Under the pieces are notes generated by a model. That model did not search any database. It had not been told where the DNA came from and saw only the letters and a program-made list of their open reading frames with translations. A DNA stretch of 64,000 nucleotides from Thermoguttaceae bacterium (GTDB taxonomy: Bacteria; Planctomycetota; Planctomycetia; Pirellulales; Thermoguttaceae). The stretch covers positions 49,047-113,046 of the forward strand of contig JARKPK010000029.1 in NCBI GenBank assembly GCA_029975295.1, given 5' to 3'. The position numbers and the translations under genes are program-made. Positions 47,401-56,725 of the stretch are shown here, one piece after another (position 1 is the stretch's first letter; the number at the start of each line of letters is the position of its first letter).

Positions 47401-50400
47401 CGCCGGGCCCGACGTTGACGATGGCATCCGCCGCAATCGCTTCGCTGTTGTCGTAGATCCGCAATCGGCCGTCATACACGTTGAGCGTTTTTCCCGACGA
47501 CAGCGCGGCCGCGCCTTGGCTGAGGATCATCAAGTCGTTGTTTTGCGTCCGCGCATCGCCCCAGCGGTTCAGGAAGAGGAAGTCGCCCTTCACCCCGTTG
47601 CCGCCGTTGCTGGCCAGGGTCATTCCGTGCGGGCCGAACACATTGACCACTCCGCTGGTGGTGTCGAACCGCTGCGTCGTGCTCGGGCTGTTCGGCCGGA
47701 ACGTCCGCGCTTCGAGCATCAAGATCGCCAGATCGCCGCTGGTGGCCCAGAAGTCGGATTCGATATTCCCGCCGGGAGTGAAGCTGCCCACCGCGGCTCC
47801 GCGATAGACGCTGCCCACCGGATCGAGATAAACCATGCCGGAGGTCGAGTCGATCCCGAGCCAGTCGCGGTTGGCGCCGCGGGCGGCGAGCGACGGCGTG
47901 AGGGTGCTCGAACCGACGTACACGGCGTCTTCGTCGGGCAGGTTGATTTTGTTCGCCCCGCCGTCGTAAACGGCCGGATCCCAACCGAGCGAGCCGCCGA
48001 TGGCGGCATAGCGGCTGAGGTTGATCGTCGGCAGGACTGTTTGCAGCGTGGCGACATTGAGATACGCCAACGGCCGGACGTTCACGGTCGTGGCGTTGCC
48101 GCCCGTGCCCGTGCCCAGCGCCCCGTCGGCCGCCAATCGCAGCTCGCCGCCGGTATGCTCAATCTCGGCCTGATAGCCCGACTGAGCGGGGGCGGTGAGG
48201 ATCATTCGCGCCGGCCCCGACTTGGCCCATTCCGTGCCCGTGCCGCCCAACGAGCCCCATTCGCTGTCGCCGCTCCAAAGGTTCAACCAAACTCGCCCGT
48301 TGAGGTTCACCGTGCCGCCGACGCCGAATTGCCACGGGTTGGCCGCCGCGCCGTCGAGGTTCAGATACACGCCGTCGCCCAACGTGGTGTTGCCGAAGCT
48401 CAGCGACATGCCGTTGGCATTGCGAATTTGAGCCGCGCGGACATAATCCTCGATCGTCAACGCCCCGACGGAGTGCCGAACATTCGTCGGCCCGCTGCCG
48501 GTGATTCGATCGACATGGATATTGCGATCGCTGATGGCGCTATTGGTGACTCGGACGTCCGAAGCAAATAGGACCGACCCCGGACTGTCGCTCTTGAACT
48601 CGATTTGCCCGCCGTTGGAGACGATTTCGCCGGCGTTGTTGATCGCCGTCGGCTCACGGATTTCGAGAATGTTGTTGTTGACCGTGATTTGCCCGCCATT
48701 GAAATTCGTGCCGCTGGCGGCGCTGAGGATCAATCGCCCGCCGCCCGACTTGGCCAAACCGGCCGCTTCGATCGGGGCGCTAATCGTCAACTGCTGATTG
48801 GTGTTGACGATCAGTTCCTTGTAGCCCACGCCATCGTGCGCCCGCAAGGCGCTGCCCACGCCGGGCTGGTCGATCGTCCACGTGCCTGCGGCATTGACCA
48901 GCAAGCCGCCGCTGGCCAACGTCATGTGTTGCCCCGAGGCATTGCCGATGGTCAGCGTGCCCGCGCCGGTCATCCGCAGCGAATTGATCGAGGTGGCGGC
49001 CGTAGTGGCTGCCGAGGCGCTGATCGATACGTCGCCGGTGGCGCCCGGAGCGGCCAGCGTGCCGTACCAGCTTGCGGGCACGGCGCGGACGCCGTTGGCC
49101 CCATAGATCGCCCAATCGGCGTTGTTCACATATGCCCATGGGGTGATCGCCACGGCGCTGATCGGATTGCTGCCGCTGATCCAAGTGGTCGAATCGGTCG
49201 CTCCACCCAGGCCGAGGTTCCGCCCGAGGAAGTTCACGGTGCCGCCGGTTTGGCGGGTGAGATTGAGGATGGTGAGCGTGGCGGAATTGTCGGTCCGCGG
49301 ACTGTTGGTGTTGATCGTGGCCCCGCCGCGGATGTCGATCGTCGGGGCGGTGCCGGCCGCGTTGGTCGGCCCGCCGTTGTAGCCCTGATAGACGAACGTG
49401 CCGCCGTACATGGCAATCGTGGCCGAATCATTGAACCGTTTATCGACGATCGCCACCCAGTTATCGTGCTGCAACGTGCCGCTGAGGATGCGGATGTCGG
49501 TCGAACCGGAAAGCTTGCCATTGACATCGATCAGATATGTGGTGCCACCGTCGATGATCGTTTTGCCGGTGTAGTCGTTGTCGGCGAACAATCTCAGTTC
49601 GCTGCCGCCAATGCGCCAGAGGCCGCCGTCGCCGGTGAACTTGCCGTGCCATTCGACGTTGCCGGTCAGTTGATAGAACATCACGGCGTTGGTGTCGATG
49701 CGGAAGTTCAGCCCGGGGTTGTTCCCGCCGTGGCGCAACACCGAAAGGTGCCCCATCAGCGGCACATAGGCCCCGCCGGCTTCGTTGTTCAATTGTCCGC
49801 CGCGGCCCAAGTCCGTCTGATCGATATGCACCAGGCCGCGGATGGCTTGGGTGGGGAATCGGGCGGTGGCGTCGTTGCCCATGTTGCTTTGGATCCGCAA
49901 CACGCTGCCGTACCACTCATAGCCCGGGTAATTCCAACCGAGGTGCGCGCCGGACGACCAGTTGGGCGCCGACGGGTGGGTCCAGGCGTTGAAGGTGACG
50001 TTGGTCAGATCAAGATTGGCCGCCGCGGTGATCAGTTGGCCGCCGCGGGCGACTTCGATCGTCGGCTGCGCGCCCAAGGCCGTCGTGCGGCTGCCTAGGG
50101 CCAACGTGCCCTGTTGAACCACCGTGGACGAGGGCGTCGTCGGAGGCGAGGTGACGTTGCCCATGTGCAGCACGCCCCAACCGGTTTTCACCAACTGGCC
50201 CGTGCCGCCCAACGCGCCGTTGATTTCCCATCGGGCGTTGGCGATCGCCGTGGCCGTGGAAACGTCGATCGTGCCCACGCCATCGCCCACCGACACTCGG
50301 TCGGCCCCCAAAGTGCCGCGGGCCAACAGCATCAATCGGGCGTTATACGGCGTTGCGCCGGTGCTCGACAGGACCAGCGTGGTCGGGCCCAGAGCGTCGG

Positions 50401-53400
50401 GCTCAACAATTCCGATCGCACCGGGGTGTCCGGCGCTGGCATCGAAGGCCACCGACGCGCCGGCCCCCACGTTGTCGCCTCCGAGCAGCAGCGTGCCGCG
50501 GCCGCGTTTGGTGATCGAGCCGCTCAAGGTGGCCAGCACGGCCATGTCGATATTGTGCGGGCCGTCGGCCACGTCGAATACGCTGTTGGCCGAGACATCA
50601 AGCACGCCCTCGCCGAGCACCAGCACCGGCGAGCTGGTTCCGACCGGCACAAGGCCCGCGGCCGGGACGACGAACGTGCCGCCCGAATTGATCCGGATGC
50701 CGCCGCCGTTGAGCTGCAACGTGGCGGCCGTCAGCGAGCCGCCATTGCCCACCTCGGCCCAGCCCTCCGGATTCAACCGCAGCGTGCCGACGCTTTCCGT
50801 AAAGCTGCTCGCAGTGAACGTGCCGCCGGCATTGACAGTAACCGACGTCGTGTTGAACCGATTGTTCGCGCCCGAGCCGAACGCCCCGCCGAAGATCTTC
50901 ACCGGACCGCCGTTGTACGCCCCGGCGATGAGCACGGTTCCCTTGCCGCGTTTGACGACTTCGCTGGCGTCGGAGGGCACGGCGCCGGCGACGATCAATG
51001 TGCCGCCGGTGGTGTCGAAGGTCAGGGTGGTGCTGCCGCCCAGGTTCAGGCCATGGCTGGCGTCGCCCAAGATCGTCGTGTACGGCCCGCTGTGGCCGAT
51101 CACCGGGTTGTAGCTGAAGTTCAACGTGCCGATGATCGGATCCGTGCCCGCGCCGGTGCTCGAGAGCAGCAGCCGCGATCCCATTCCCAAGTTGACCGTG
51201 GCCCCGCCCAGCGCGTTGCCCGTGCCGGGGGTGGCAACGACCTCCAACGGCCGGTTGTCGGCCACGTTGATCGCCAGCAAACTCAAGTCGTTCAGCGATC
51301 CGCCGACGATGCTCGTCCGCCCGGCACTAACATAGAGACTGGTGGGATCGGTCTGGCTTGCCGAAAGCCGGCCCAAGGCGATTCGGCCCGTGCCGTCGAC
51401 GTTGATCGTGCCGCCGTCGGGGTCCAAGATGGTCGAGGAGAAGACGGCCGGAACCCTCACGCCGTTGACCGTCAGCGTAGCGCCCGAGGCGATCGCTAGC
51501 TGCCCGAATTGAGCCGCCGAGGCGGCCGTCACGTCGATCGTCGAGCTGGTGAGCACCGACACATCATTGCCGCCGGTGAACGCCACCGGCGCCACGCCGC
51601 GGTAGAGATAGGTGTTGGCCAACCGCACCTGCCCATCGAGGCTCCAATCGACCCGCAGCGACGCATCACCGCCGCCTTCGTAGAAGCCGACGCGGATGGT
51701 GTGCCACCCTTCGGTCAACATTGCGCTGCCGCTGCGGAATGTTTCTCCTTGATAGTAATCGCTATTAACCACCAATTGGCCGTCGACGAACAGGCTGCTG
51801 CCGTCGTCGCTGCCGGTGCGGAAGGTGTAAACCCGCGTTTCCGGCACATAGATATAACCCTGGAAATCGAGGGTGAAGTTGTCGGTTTGCGGGAACCCCA
51901 ACACCGCGAACGCCGCCCCTCCGTAACCGCCGCTGGGCGGCGAGGCCGGGAACCACATTTCCGTGTTGCCGCCCGCGGTTGTCACCGCCGTGGCCACCGG
52001 CGTACGTGCGCCAACCCAGTTGTTGAAGTTCGTCCAATTATTGATCACCCCGGTGCCGCAGTCGGGCGTGTAGAGGTTGACGGCCAAGCCTTGGCCGGCG
52101 TAGTCGCCCACTTGCAGCGTGGTGTTGTCGAGGGTGATCGCGCCCGAACCGGCCGCCGTGGCGCCGAGCAGCGCCAGCTTGCCGCCCTGAGAACTCACTC
52201 CGCCGGCGAAGGCATTGGTCGAACCTTTCAAGGCCAAGTAGCCGTCGCCCGTCTTGCTCAAGCCGCCGTTGGAAAGCGGGGCGTCGATGGTCAGATCATA
52301 AACGGCGTTGGTAACGCGGGTCACACTGACCGGCACCGTGCCGCCGCCCAGGTCGAAGGCGCTGGCCTTGATGGTGGCCGCCGCTGTGCCGGTGTGCGCG
52401 ATCGCCCGCGATCCGCCGACCAGCGCCAGATCGCCGCCTTCGATCGTTCCGCCGCTGGTGGTGATCGAGGCGACTTGCAGTGTGCCGCTGTACTGCACCT
52501 TGCCGGCGCCCGACTTCGTCAACGCGCCGATCTGCGTGGTTGCTGGCGAAAGGTTGCCCACGTTCACGTTGCCCGAGCCGGCGAAGCCCATATCGGCATT
52601 GGCCAGCGCGGTGTTGCCGAAGTTGATCGTGCGGTTGGCGCCGATGACGGTCAGCGTGCCCGGGCCGGGCCGGCTCAGGTCGCCCATGGTGATCGAACCG
52701 CCGGCGTTCAAGGCGTCGGCCAGGTTGATCGTGGCGTCGGCCTCGACGACAACGTTGTTCGCTGTTAGGCCGGTAGCCGCGGTTCGGCCCGTCACAACGC
52801 GGAACAACGAGCCGCTGCCGTCGTCCCACGGGGCGACGTAGTAGTCGCCGTTGGTTTGGTCGAGGCTGTCGGTGGCGTTGCGCAAACCGAAACCCTTGCT
52901 CCCGCCAACCCATCCGTCGCCTCCGACCGAGCCGGCCCCGCCGCCGCCGTTGCTCATGCGGATTTCGATGTCGTGCCAGCCGTCGCCGTCGGGCCCCATG
53001 CCGAAGTAGGTAACGCCACCGTAGCCGTTGTTCGACGTGCTGCCGGTGCTCGTCGGCGTGTTCCAACCCTCGTTGAACAGGCGGAGAACCCCGTCGATCC
53101 AAACGGCCGCGCGATCGTCGATGTTCTCGGCGAAGGCGAAATAGCCGTCGGCATCGTAAAATCGGCCCTTGTAGATGAACGTGGTGTTGTCGGCCCAGCC
53201 GGTCAATGGGTTGCCGGTCACAGTGTTGGTTTGCCCGCGGCGCGGCCCAAGCTGCGCGCCGATGAACGTGCCGTCGGGCCGATTGCTCGCAATCAGCGAA
53301 CCTCCGGCGCCGTCGCCCGAGGTCCACGACTCATTCAATCCCGCAGTGAAGCTGATTTGCCCAGGCACAAGGATCGCGCCATTTTTCAGCGTGATTTGCG

Positions 53401-55630
53401 CCGAGCCGACCGGCGCGTTGCCGTTCAATTCCAATGTTCCTTGGGTCACGACGACGTTCGTCGGCGACGAGGCCGCGGTCGGGGCGAGTGTCAACGTGCC
53501 CGCCCCTTGCTTATCGACCGACCCGTTGCTCAATGGCGAGGTGATCGTCAGGTTGCCGTTGGCCACCGAAACGGCCCGATTGCCGCCGTCGAGATTCAGC
53601 GAAGTCGTTTCCAGCCGGGCGTTGGCAACCGTCGTCTTGGTGATGCCGCCTTGCAGCGTCATCGGTCCGCCGGCGATCGCACCGCCGGTAAAACTCAAGC
53701 CTCCCGAACCGACCGTAATCGAGCCGGTGTAATTCACCGTGCCCGAACCGCTGCGGCTGATGCTGCCCGGCGTGCCGGTCACCGCGCCGAGATTAATGGT
53801 TGCATCGCCGCCGAACCCGATGGCCGAACCGTTGCTCACCGTCAGCCCGTTGAACGTGGCCGTTCGGCCCGCGCCGCTTGCCGTGAGCGACGCCCCGTCG
53901 GCCATCCACATCGCGCCGAAGGCGGCTGCGCCGCCGGCGGCCATGCTCGCCAGGTCCACGCCCGAGTTCCCCGACACATTCACCGCGTTGCTCACCGAGT
54001 AGCTCGCCGGCGTGAAGTCGGCCGCCGTGTCGAAACGCAAGCTCGAGTTGAGCATCGGTTGCCAGGTGCTGCTGCCTTGCGGCCGCCACTCCAGCGCCAT
54101 GCCGGCGCCGCCCCCGCCCTGGTAGAAGCCGACCGTGATCTTGTTCAACCCGGCCGTCAGGCTGATCGGCGTGGCGACGTTGTCGCGCCAGGTGAAGCCT
54201 TGCCAGTAGTCGTTGTTGACCACCAGTTGGTCGTTGATGTAGAGCACCGTGCCGTCGTCGCTGCCGATGCGGAACTCGTATTGGCCCGTGGTCGGCACAA
54301 CCAGGTATCCATCGAACACGGCCGAATGATCGTACTGCCGGTTGAAGCCCAGCGAGCCGAAGATGTTGCCCTCTTGGTTGTTGTAATTGGTGCGGAAGTC
54401 GATGCTCGTGCCGCCGCCGGCGGTGGTCGGGGCGGAATAGGCCAACGCCCAACCGGCATTGGCCACCGCGCGGCCGTAGGCCAATTGATCGCCCATCGCC
54501 CCATTGCCGACCACGGCGTTGTAGAACTGACCCATCAGGCCTTGAGCCGAGTAGCCCACCTGCAACGTGCCGCCGGAAAGCTGCACACCGCCGCTGCCCA
54601 ACGCGTCGGCATGCGCAATCACCAGTTTGCCGCCGGAAACGGTGGACGAGGCGTGGGTGTTGGCTGCCCCGCGGAGGATCAACTCGCCGCCGCCTTGCTT
54701 CACCAGCGCGCCGCCGCCGAGGATGTTGCCGTCGATCGCCACCCCGCCGCTGCCGTCGATCGTCAAAGTCGAGCCGCCGGCGTCCACGTTGCCGGCGATC
54801 TTCTTGACTGAGCCGGCCGAGCCCGAGCTGTTGATGGTGATCGCCCCGCCGGTGCTCAGCGTGTTGCTCGCCGTGCCGATGGTGATTCGCCCCGGGCCGG
54901 ACAGATTCAGATTGTGCCCGGCCAAATTAAGCGCAGCCGACAAACCGGCGCGCGCAAAGCCCAGCGACGAAACGTTCAGCGCGCTGCCAATCGACGAGGG
55001 GGTGGCCGATAGCGTCAAATCGCCGTGGGCGAAGGTGAGATTGTAGTTGCCCGTCCAGATCACATCCGAGGTGATTGGCCCGGTTCCAAACGAGCCGAGC
55101 CGCGCGCCGCCCGCCAACGTCAGCGACGAAATCGCCCCGCCCAGCGCCGCGTTGTGCCCCAAAAGCAGCGTGCCGCCGTCCACGTTCCACGAGCGGCTGT
55201 ACGCCGAGTTGTCAGCCGTGAGGATCAACGTGCCGTTGCCCTGCTTGAACAGGGACGCCGTGCCAGCCAACACGTTGTCGATGCGAACGGTGGTGTTGTC
55301 GCCGGTGTTGATCACGCCCAGGTTGAGCGTCAGATCGGCGCCGGTGAGCCGATACGAATTATTGAAGTAGATCGACCCGACTGATTGCGCCGCGGTGAGC
55401 GAGATCGTCGAGCCGGTGCCGGGCACCGGGTCGGGGAACGAGGCGTCGTCGAACGCGCCGGGGACGGCCAGCGCGTCCCAGTTGTTCCCGTCGTCCCACG
55501 AGGCGGAATTCACCCCGGTCCAGATGACCACGGCCGCCCCCGCCGGGCCGGCCGCCACCAGCGACGCTAACGCCGCGAAAACAATCAATGCCCGCGCGTA
55601 CCCCGATCGCACCTTGCCCAGAGTGCACAT
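44408..55630 (-). CDS. Giant (3,740 aa) PEP-CTERM-anchored surface protein with about four PA14 domains and many autotransporter-associated beta-strand/right-handed beta-helix repeats
   Basis: A single uninterrupted ORF spans the region, with a signal peptide MCTLGKVRSGYARALIVFAALASLVAAGPAGAA. An AGGGGA Shine-Dalgarno lies 6 nt before ATG at 55630. PA14-like blocks are present, for example GYLVVPTTGQYEFRIGSDDGTVLYINDQLVVNNDYWQGFTWRD, FQGYIYVPETRVYTFRTGSDDGSSLFVDGQLVVNSDYYQGETF, and LVSFGARSDDGTTVYIDLNGD. Pervasive G/T/S/N-rich repeats such as GGxLxLxGxNTYxG occur throughout. The C-terminus VPEPATWGLALLAVIAGWFVARRRR is a PEP-CTERM sorting signal. Confidence 0.85.
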   Translation of the reverse strand: MCTLGKVRSGYARALIVFAALASLVAAGPAGAAVVIWTGVNSASWDDGNNWDALAVPGAFDDASFPDPVPGTGSTISLTAAQSVGSIYFNNSYRLTGADLTLNLGVINTGDNTTVRIDNVLAGTASLFKQGNGTLILTADNSAYSRSWNVDGGTLLLGHNAALGGAISSLTLAGGARLGSFGTGPITSDVIWTGNYNLTFAHGDLTLSATPSSIGSALNVSSLGFARAGLSAALNLAGHNLNLSGPGRITIGTASNTLSTGGAITINSSGSAGSVKKIAGNVDAGGSTLTIDGSGGVAIDGNILGGGALVKQGGGELILRGAANTHASSTVSGGKLVIAHADALGSGGVQLSGGTLQVGYSAQGLMGQFYNAVVGNGAMGDQLAYGRAVANAGWALAYSAPTTAGGGTSIDFRTNYNNQEGNIFGSLGFNRQYDHSAVFDGYLVVPTTGQYEFRIGSDDGTVLYINDQLVVNNDYWQGFTWRDNVATPISLTAGLNKITVGFYQGGGGAGMALEWRPQGSSTWQPMLNSSLRFDTAADFTPASYSVSNAVNVSGNSGVDLASMAAGGAAAFGAMWMADGASLTASGAGRTATFNGLTVSNGSAIGFGGDATINLGAVTGTPGSISRSGSGTVNYTGSITVGSGGLSFTGGAIAGGPMTLQGGITKTTVANARLETTSLNLDGGNRAVSVANGNLTITSPLSNGSVDKQGAGTLTLAPTAASSPTNVVVTQGTLELNGNAPVGSAQITLKNGAILVPGQISFTAGLNESWTSGDGAGGSLIASNRPDGTFIGAQLGPRRGQTNTVTGNPLTGWADNTTFIYKGRFYDADGYFAFAENIDDRAAVWIDGVLRLFNEGWNTPTSTGSTSNNGYGGVTYFGMGPDGDGWHDIEIRMSNGGGGAGSVGGDGWVGGSKGFGLRNATDSLDQTNGDYYVAPWDDGSGSLFRVVTGRTAATGLTANNVVVEADATINLADALNAGGSITMGDLSRPGPGTLTVIGANRTINFGNTALANADMGFAGSGNVNVGNLSPATTQIGALTKSGAGKVQYSGTLQVASITTSGGTIEGGDLALVGGSRAIAHTGTAAATIKASAFDLGGGTVPVSVTRVTNAVYDLTIDAPLSNGGLSKTGDGYLALKGSTNAFAGGVSSQGGKLALLGATAAGSGAITLDNTTLQVGDYAGQGLAVNLYTPDCGTGVINNWTNFNNWVGARTPVATAVTTAGGNTEMWFPASPPSGGYGGAAFAVLGFPQTDNFTLDFQGYIYVPETRVYTFRTGSDDGSSLFVDGQLVVNSDYYQGETFRSGSAMLTEGWHTIRVGFYEGGGDASLRVDWSLDGQVRLANTYLYRGVAPVAFTGGNDVSVLTSSTIDVTAASAAQFGQLAIASGATLTVNGVRVPAVFSSTILDPDGGTINVDGTGRIALGRLSASQTDPTSLYVSAGRTSIVGGSLNDLSLLAINVADNRPLEVVATPGTGNALGGATVNLGMGSRLLLSSTGAGTDPIIGTLNFSYNPVIGHSGPYTTILGDASHGLNLGGSTTLTFDTTGGTLIVAGAVPSDASEVVKRGKGTVLIAGAYNGGPVKIFGGAFGSGANNRFNTTSVTVNAGGTFTASSFTESVGTLRLNPEGWAEVGNGGSLTAATLQLNGGGIRINSGGTFVVPAAGLVPVGTSSPVLVLGEGVLDVSANSVFDVADGPHNIDMAVLATLSGSITKRGRGTLLLGGDNVGAGASVAFDASAGHPGAIGIVEPDALGPTTLVLSSTGATPYNARLMLLARGTLGADRVSVGDGVGTIDVSTATAIANARWEINGALGGTGQLVKTGWGVLHMGNVTSPPTTPSSTVVQQGTLALGSRTTALGAQPTIEVARGGQLITAAANLDLTNVTFNAWTHPSAPNWSSGAHLGWNYPGYEWYGSVLRIQSNMGNDATARFPTQAIRGLVHIDQTDLGRGGQLNNEAGGAYVPLMGHLSVLRHGGNNPGLNFRIDTNAVMFYQLTGNVEWHGKFTGDGGLWRIGGSELRLFADNDYTGKTIIDGGTTYLIDVNGKLSGSTDIRILSGTLQHDNWVAIVDKRFNDSATIAMYGGTFVYQGYNGGPTNAAGTAPTIDIRGGATINTNSPRTDNSATLTILNLTRQTGGTVNFLGRNLGLGGATDSTTWISGSNPISAVAITPWAYVNNADWAIYGANGVRAVPASWYGTLAAPGATGDVSISASAATTAATSINSLRMTGAGTLTIGNASGQHMTLASGGLLVNAAGTWTIDQPGVGSALRAHDGVGYKELIVNTNQQLTISAPIEAAGLAKSGGGRLILSAASGTNFNGGQITVNNNILEIREPTAINNAGEIVSNGGQIEFKSDSPGSVLFASDVRVTNSAISDRNIHVDRITGSGPTNVRHSVGALTIEDYVRAAQIRNANGMSLSFGNTTLGDGVYLNLDGAAANPWQFGVGGTVNLNGRVWLNLWSGDSEWGSLGGTGTEWAKSGPARMILTAPAQSGYQAEIEHTGGELRLAADGALGTGTGGNATTVNVRPLAYLNVATLQTVLPTINLSRYAAIGGSLGWDPAVYDGGANKINLPDEDAVYVGSSTLTPSLAARGANRDWLGIDSTSGMVYLDPVGSVYRGAAVGSFTPGGNIESDFWATSGDLAILMLEARTFRPNSPSTTQRFDTTSGVVNVFGPHGMTLASNGGNGVKGDFLFLNRWGDARTQNNDLMILSQGAAALSSGKTLNVYDGRLRIYDNSEAIAADAIVNVGPGATLLLHNVAVTSGTVNVLADERGFGVVWVNDIGRFTSSLSNLSFAPGSMIVYDTDANPQSSGLPSYVDYLVRDDNNQINTTALVLDGGRRLTTGWNDNGGISGTGGLQGPVAGAPAILSAGSGRRLAIWTSGTIDGLFQINDAAPVIVLEGDDMTRQLTDQIGIVEIDRATIASTAVINVVNGTLRFGQGGSNPGTAPVVHGLIDHSVRPNSYVGGGPYIEVHSGRDGNSANYVGGNGTVRLGRGEDISVFVNEVDNPGAGNPNKVNEFRVAVNVLGLSETDTLSLSGNRGAFTGLLRSARGDDRNGNFALARFTNVRPNAGAVVALSSWNDNRIMADFVLTHDPNGPNPIVISDRDEWGFVMIGNVTTLDNTERWLQIGINGGNMYGPTDYHMDLVGTLSGKANILMNSREMVRIMPVSLDNGATTYSSFNLNGRTLRLAGTGELEVQANPGVGVIEIAAAYRQSAGRRAIGMWYGRDGRTWGTEGSQRLDMTFTAGQYRTLTMFVQDAASGPGLVNDFTGSINAAAGASGVVEARRWGNADAVQGQVNTNLSLGENGILALRSFDNERLAVQTVALTGSGWLLNDTAGGAANITINRVAAQTGAESAVLSISGGQQTNIVGSGAAPAVQAGGIVAHSELAFNPGTGQTAGVEAPITLGNTKLVVKSGTVDMGARMIDTLPDRAAAAQPISSLEERFYRPSYVGLGPTGFNSYGGDPFIMFENATNFLNAPSANVGTLTGALSYANDAAMRTRAESYGSYPAEAGQSADDQIGAAWKGTITVGGAGNAIQPGLVSFGARSDDGTTVYIDLNGDNIFQADERIVDNRGPHGTEHTVASVALAAGTYNIAVGFFEGNGGAAAEVRWAPGAVADYWQMQVLDPSGTFAAFNPYSIVQVDNDATLAAGAIRVDELVIGEGAKVEIKATSGAASTSVVNLLQIANGSGGFSWDFGGLGGGAVAPAGELGGNGAAAPVPEPATWGLALLAVIAGWFVARRRR

Positions 55631-55699
55631 ACCACGTCCCCTCGTTCTACGTGCATGCAAGAAAGTTGGCAAAGAGATTGGCGGAAGAGCGAGTTCCAC

Positions 55700-55990
55700 A
55701 ACCCGAAATCGTCCCCGTGGAAACCGCTGATCCAGCGCCGGGCATTCTAATCACAAACACTGAGTTCTTGCAACAAAAAACGCGCAAATCGTCCATAAAG
55801 AATTACTTGCGCGCGTTTTATTGCAACATTCACTTTCTAATTTAGCAGCCCCTTTGAAAAACAAATTGCTTGCACAAACCCATGTGGGCAAAATAGTCTG
55901 CAACCGCTACCAAGTGTGCTTGCAAATACTATTTCAACGGGCTGTTAGAAGAGTGCCTGGCGACTGAAATGGAAAACTTCCGGCCGTCGA
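55700..55990. promoter_or_regulatory. AT-rich (about 40% GC) island upstream of the giant gene and downstream of xseB, containing a candidate promoter, a ~60-bp palindrome and five TTGCA motifs
   Basis: On the minus strand, TTGCAA at 55768-55773 is followed by an 18-nt spacer and TAGAAT at 55744-55749. The palindrome TTGCAACAAAAAACGCGCAA...TTGCGCGCGTTTTATTGCAACA at 55768-55828 can form a GC stem followed by a U-run on the minus strand, which makes it a terminator candidate for xseB. Further TTGCA motifs lie at 55870, 55899 and 55919. Confidence 0.4.
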
Positions 55991-56051
55991 TCAGAGGCAT
56001 TCGGCCGCTGAAGACCCCGCTTGCAGGGCGTCGGCGATCGGCGCGCGACGC

Positions 56052-56567
56052 CTAGGGGCGTTCGGAGCGGCGGCCGCCCCGCTGCCTTGCGGACTGCGCC
56101 GGCGCAGCATCGGTCTGGCCAGCCGGAACGTCTTCGCGCGATCGGGAACCGGCACGATGGCTCGGTTCTGCGCGCTCGGAGCTCGCCGAAGTCGATTCGT
56201 CCTTCGCCAAAGCAGAAGGAGGAGGAGAAAGAGGAAACGCCGCGGAGGCCGGCGACGCCGATGAGGACGAAGAGGCGAATGTTTCGCGCGCATCGAACGG
56301 CTCGGTGATCGCTTCACCGGCCTCATCCCACCCGGCGAGCAGCTCAATCCGCTGTTCGGCGGTGCGCAACAGCGAGTGGCAGCGGCGCAACAGCTTCACT
56401 CCTTCTTCGTACAGCGACAGCGACTCGTCCAGCCCGCCGCGACCTTCCTCGAGTGTGCGGACAATCGCCTCGATCCGCCCCAAGGCCCGCTCGAAATCAA
56501 ACGCCTCGCTCCCGCCTTCGGCTTCAACTTCGCCGGCCCGTTCGTCTCGATCTTTCATCGCCTTCAT
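56052..56567 (-). CDS. xseB: Exodeoxyribonuclease VII small subunit with about 90-aa Ser/Ala/Pro-rich C-terminal extension
   Basis: FERALGRIEAIVRTLEEGRGGLDESLSLYEEGVKLLRRCHSLLRTAEQRIELL matches the XseB helical hairpin. ATG at 56567 is chosen. The tail is low-complexity (SSSSSASPASAAFPLSPPPSA...). Confidence 0.75.
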   Translation of the reverse strand: MKAMKDRDERAGEVEAEGGSEAFDFERALGRIEAIVRTLEEGRGGLDESLSLYEEGVKLLRRCHSLLRTAEQRIELLAGWDEAGEAITEPFDARETFASSSSSASPASAAFPLSPPPSALAKDESTSASSERAEPSHRAGSRSREDVPAGQTDAAPAQSARQRGGRRSERP

Positions 56568-56725
56568 CCCCAAACACCGGCCGTGCTTTCCGTTATCCGT
56601 AATGCGAAAGCACTATGCCGCCCATTGCGATTGCCGGCAAACGGTCGCAGCCCGTCACGCGAGCCGCCCGATGACCATTCCGGGAGAACACCAATCGGCC
56701 CGCGGCGTTATTCCTCGCTCCGGAG

